Below are positions 61,565-64,000 of a stretch of 64,000 nucleotides of DNA, piece after piece (position 1 is the stretch's first letter; every line of letters starts with the position of its first letter). The notes under the pieces were generated by a model. It worked only from the letters and a program-made list of their open reading frames with translations. It did not search any database and had not been told where the DNA came from. Source of the DNA: Macrostomum hystrix (taxonomy: Eukaryota; Animalia; Platyhelminthes); the NCBI GenBank assembly GCA_950097015.1, contig CATNEN010000041.1, positions 496,001 through 560,000 of the forward strand. The letters run 5' to 3'. The position numbers and the translations under genes were made by a program.

Positions 61565-63307
61565 ATGGCTTTAGCCCCCAGACGCTCTTTAAGAGTTGCG
61601 GCCTTAGAAGCCAGACGCGCTCTAGGCTTGCACAGTGATTCAGAAAGCAGCTCAGACGGCGAAACGGAATCTGACAATTCTGAATTTGAAGAAGGATCTG
61701 GAGATGAAGGAATGGACGAAACACAGCAGACTCCAGAGGTTCAAGCAACGCCATGACAAATCGTAAATTAACATACTGATGCGATTCATGTCCAACAGCG
61801 AGAGTTTTTGGGCACCCCGGGAATCAACCCTGGCTTGAATCCGTCGGACAACATCGAAGACAACTTAAATCTTTTTTTAACACCAGAGTTGTTTGAGCAT
61901 CTGGCCCACTGGACCAACAACCGAGCTCAGCGAGCTAGACAAGAATTTGAATCTCATCAGGACGCTGAAGATCCACTCCCAGCTAAATTGAGCGCGTGGT
62001 ACGACTGCACGGCAAACGAGATAATGAAGTATGTTGGCATGGTGCTCTACATGGGGCTTAACAGAAGGGTGGAATTACGGCAGTACTGGTTTATTGATGC
62101 GTTCTACGCTACTCCGTACTTTCAACTACCCTGTTGTCTGTCGCGGGATGGCTTTGCAAACATCTCATCGTTTCTGCGATTTTACGACTGCCAATCAGAG
62201 GACGAGGAAGACGTCCTGGGGAAAATCCGACCGTTTATGAACATCCTGCAGGGCTGCTTCAAGAGTGTCTATATGCCAGAGAGAGAAGTCGCTGTTGATG
62301 AAACCCTGGTGCACTTCAGGGGACGATTCAAGTGCAAGCAGTACATACCAACCAAGCGAGCCCGCTATGGTATCAAGATGTACTGCTTGTGTGAGTCGTC
62401 AACAGGCTACCTCAGCAATTTCGCGGTTCACTCCACGTTGGAAGCGAATCAGCAAGTAGGGGTGGAGCTTAATGACGGAACACTAACCTTTGGCGGAAGG
62501 GTTGTTGCCGAGCTCTGCCGAGAGATCTTGGGCCTGGGATACCATGTTTACTGCGACAGCTACTTCGGCTCCTTGTCCCTAGCAGAGTTCCTGGACACCA
62601 GAGGCACCCTGCTGACTGCAACAGTTAGGGCCGATCGCGGAATTCCAGCAGAGCTCAGGGACTTAAGGCTTACTGCGCCGGGCACTGCCTTCATGCGCAA
62701 CGAATCCATACTCGCCGTAAAAATCACGGATAGGAAAGCCAGCGGAGTTAAGCAGCTCTACATGCTGGACTCAGCGAATGTCGCCGCAGAACATGAAGTA
62801 ACACGGGTTGGACATGGTGGGCGCCAGGAACGAGTGCGGAAATCACGGTCTGTGCTGGACTACAACAAGCATATGGGTGGCGTGGACCGCCTAGATGCAA
62901 CCGTGCAACCCTATAGACCTGATCGAAAGACCTTCCGCTGGTTCGTGCGCCTCGGTGTCCACATGATGTTGGTATCATGCAGGAATGCTTGGGTAGTGTA
63001 CACGCGCTGTGGAGGAAAAAAGGTTTTCGGGCAGTTTCTGGACTCAGCAGTGCGACACATGATCGAATCGACCGGTCCCGGTCGTAAGAGGAAGCTTCAC
63101 CTGGGTCCTGTGAGAGTCGGAACCGGGCACCTGCCAAGAAAGTTGCCGCCAACGGACAAGCAAGCTCACCCGACAAAGCGATGCCGAGTGTGCTTCAAAG
63201 GTCAGTCTGCCAGGAAAACAGTTTTCTGCTGCCCTGAATGCGTCGGCCAGCCTGGGTTGTGTCTTGAAGGCTGTTTTGAACGTTGGCATGCGGCGGCTGA
63301 GATGTAA
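61565..63307 (+). mobile_element. piggyBac (PGBD4-like) transposase; two stops near the N-terminus, 499-aa intact remainder
   Basis: ORFs 61565-61756 and 61808-63307 share one frame separated by TGA and TAA. Catalytic motifs VAVDETLV, YCDSYF and MGGVDRLD; C-terminal Cys-rich CRVC...CPEC...LC...CF..WH. TIRs were not identified. Confidence 0.88.
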
Positions 63308-64000
63308 GGATAAACAATTTTTTCTATGTTAAATACTTTCAAATCTGGAAAAGCGTACAGTCTAGGGCACACGTTTTTAGTCAACTTTTTTATATTTTGC
63401 GCATGCACACATGTAAAACCTGTTTAAAATGAAAAAAAACTGCAGCAACGTTACCGCTTCATGTGTTTTTGTTCATTTGTTTGTATATTGTTAAATGCGC
63501 GTCAAATTTTGAAATTTCTCCCACTAGAAGATGATCTCGTTTTGATTTGATCTATTTTGATTCGCCTAGACAACTGATTGTTCACAGTAGAATTTTAGAC
63601 CATTTTATTACGTCTTAAAAGCCATAGTCGTATCATCTAGCATATTTATATTTTTGGAATTAAAATATGATTGTGATGAGTCTTTATCTGTAAATAGCTC
63701 GTGCATTTACTGGTAATAGCTGCGTAATGTCTCGAAATATATGGAGAAAAAAACTTTTCTTGTACATGTGTCTCCTTAATACAGAATTTTAACCATCACG
63801 TTCTACATGTACACACGTATTAGGTATTTAAATTTTTCCGCTGCAAAACTATTCTAATATGTTTTTTGCTCGTAATATATGCCCAAAATCAACAGTTTTG
63901 TTGGAGGTTGTCTGAAAAGATCATCATATTTTATACACCCGTATTAGCACTTGTTGATTTACATGTAATAAACGGTATACCACTGTTAAATATCTTTTGT

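Overview
This is eukaryotic (animal) genomic DNA with GC-rich exons, GT-AG introns, AT-rich intergenic DNA, many intronic minisatellites and a dense transposon nest. Very short introns, CAG-rich exons and splice acceptors just before start codons suggest a free-living flatworm such as Macrostomum, but that is an inference only. Host genes assembled by hand: a 5'-truncated class A GPCR, a DUF4476/PROSER1-N-like gene, actin, tRNA-Lys(CTT), a Wee1-like kinase, KANSL3, Rab6, ribokinase, CSN5/COPS5, BABAM2/BRE and a RERG-like small GTPase whose 6.1-kb third intron is filled with transposons. Mobile elements: a Gypsy deletion derivative, a retroviral-type integrase relic, two Mutator-type non-autonomous elements, an 8-bp-TSD MITE, a Merlin element, two IS630/Tc1-like elements, four Crypton tyrosine-recombinase copies and a piggyBac transposase. 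About 11 unrelated minisatellite arrays cover roughly 7.5 kb and explain most long low-complexity ORFs in the track. Best leads: a textbook U12-type intron in Rab6, a Crypton cluster with a recurring GTCTATGG motif and palindromes, a Tc1-like element with 305-bp TIRs carrying a Crypton fragment, possible SL-trans-spliced operons, and catalytic-motif changes in the Wee1-like and RERG-like proteins. No clearly new biological system can be demonstrated from the sequence alone. No databases were searched; homology calls rest on recalled motifs.
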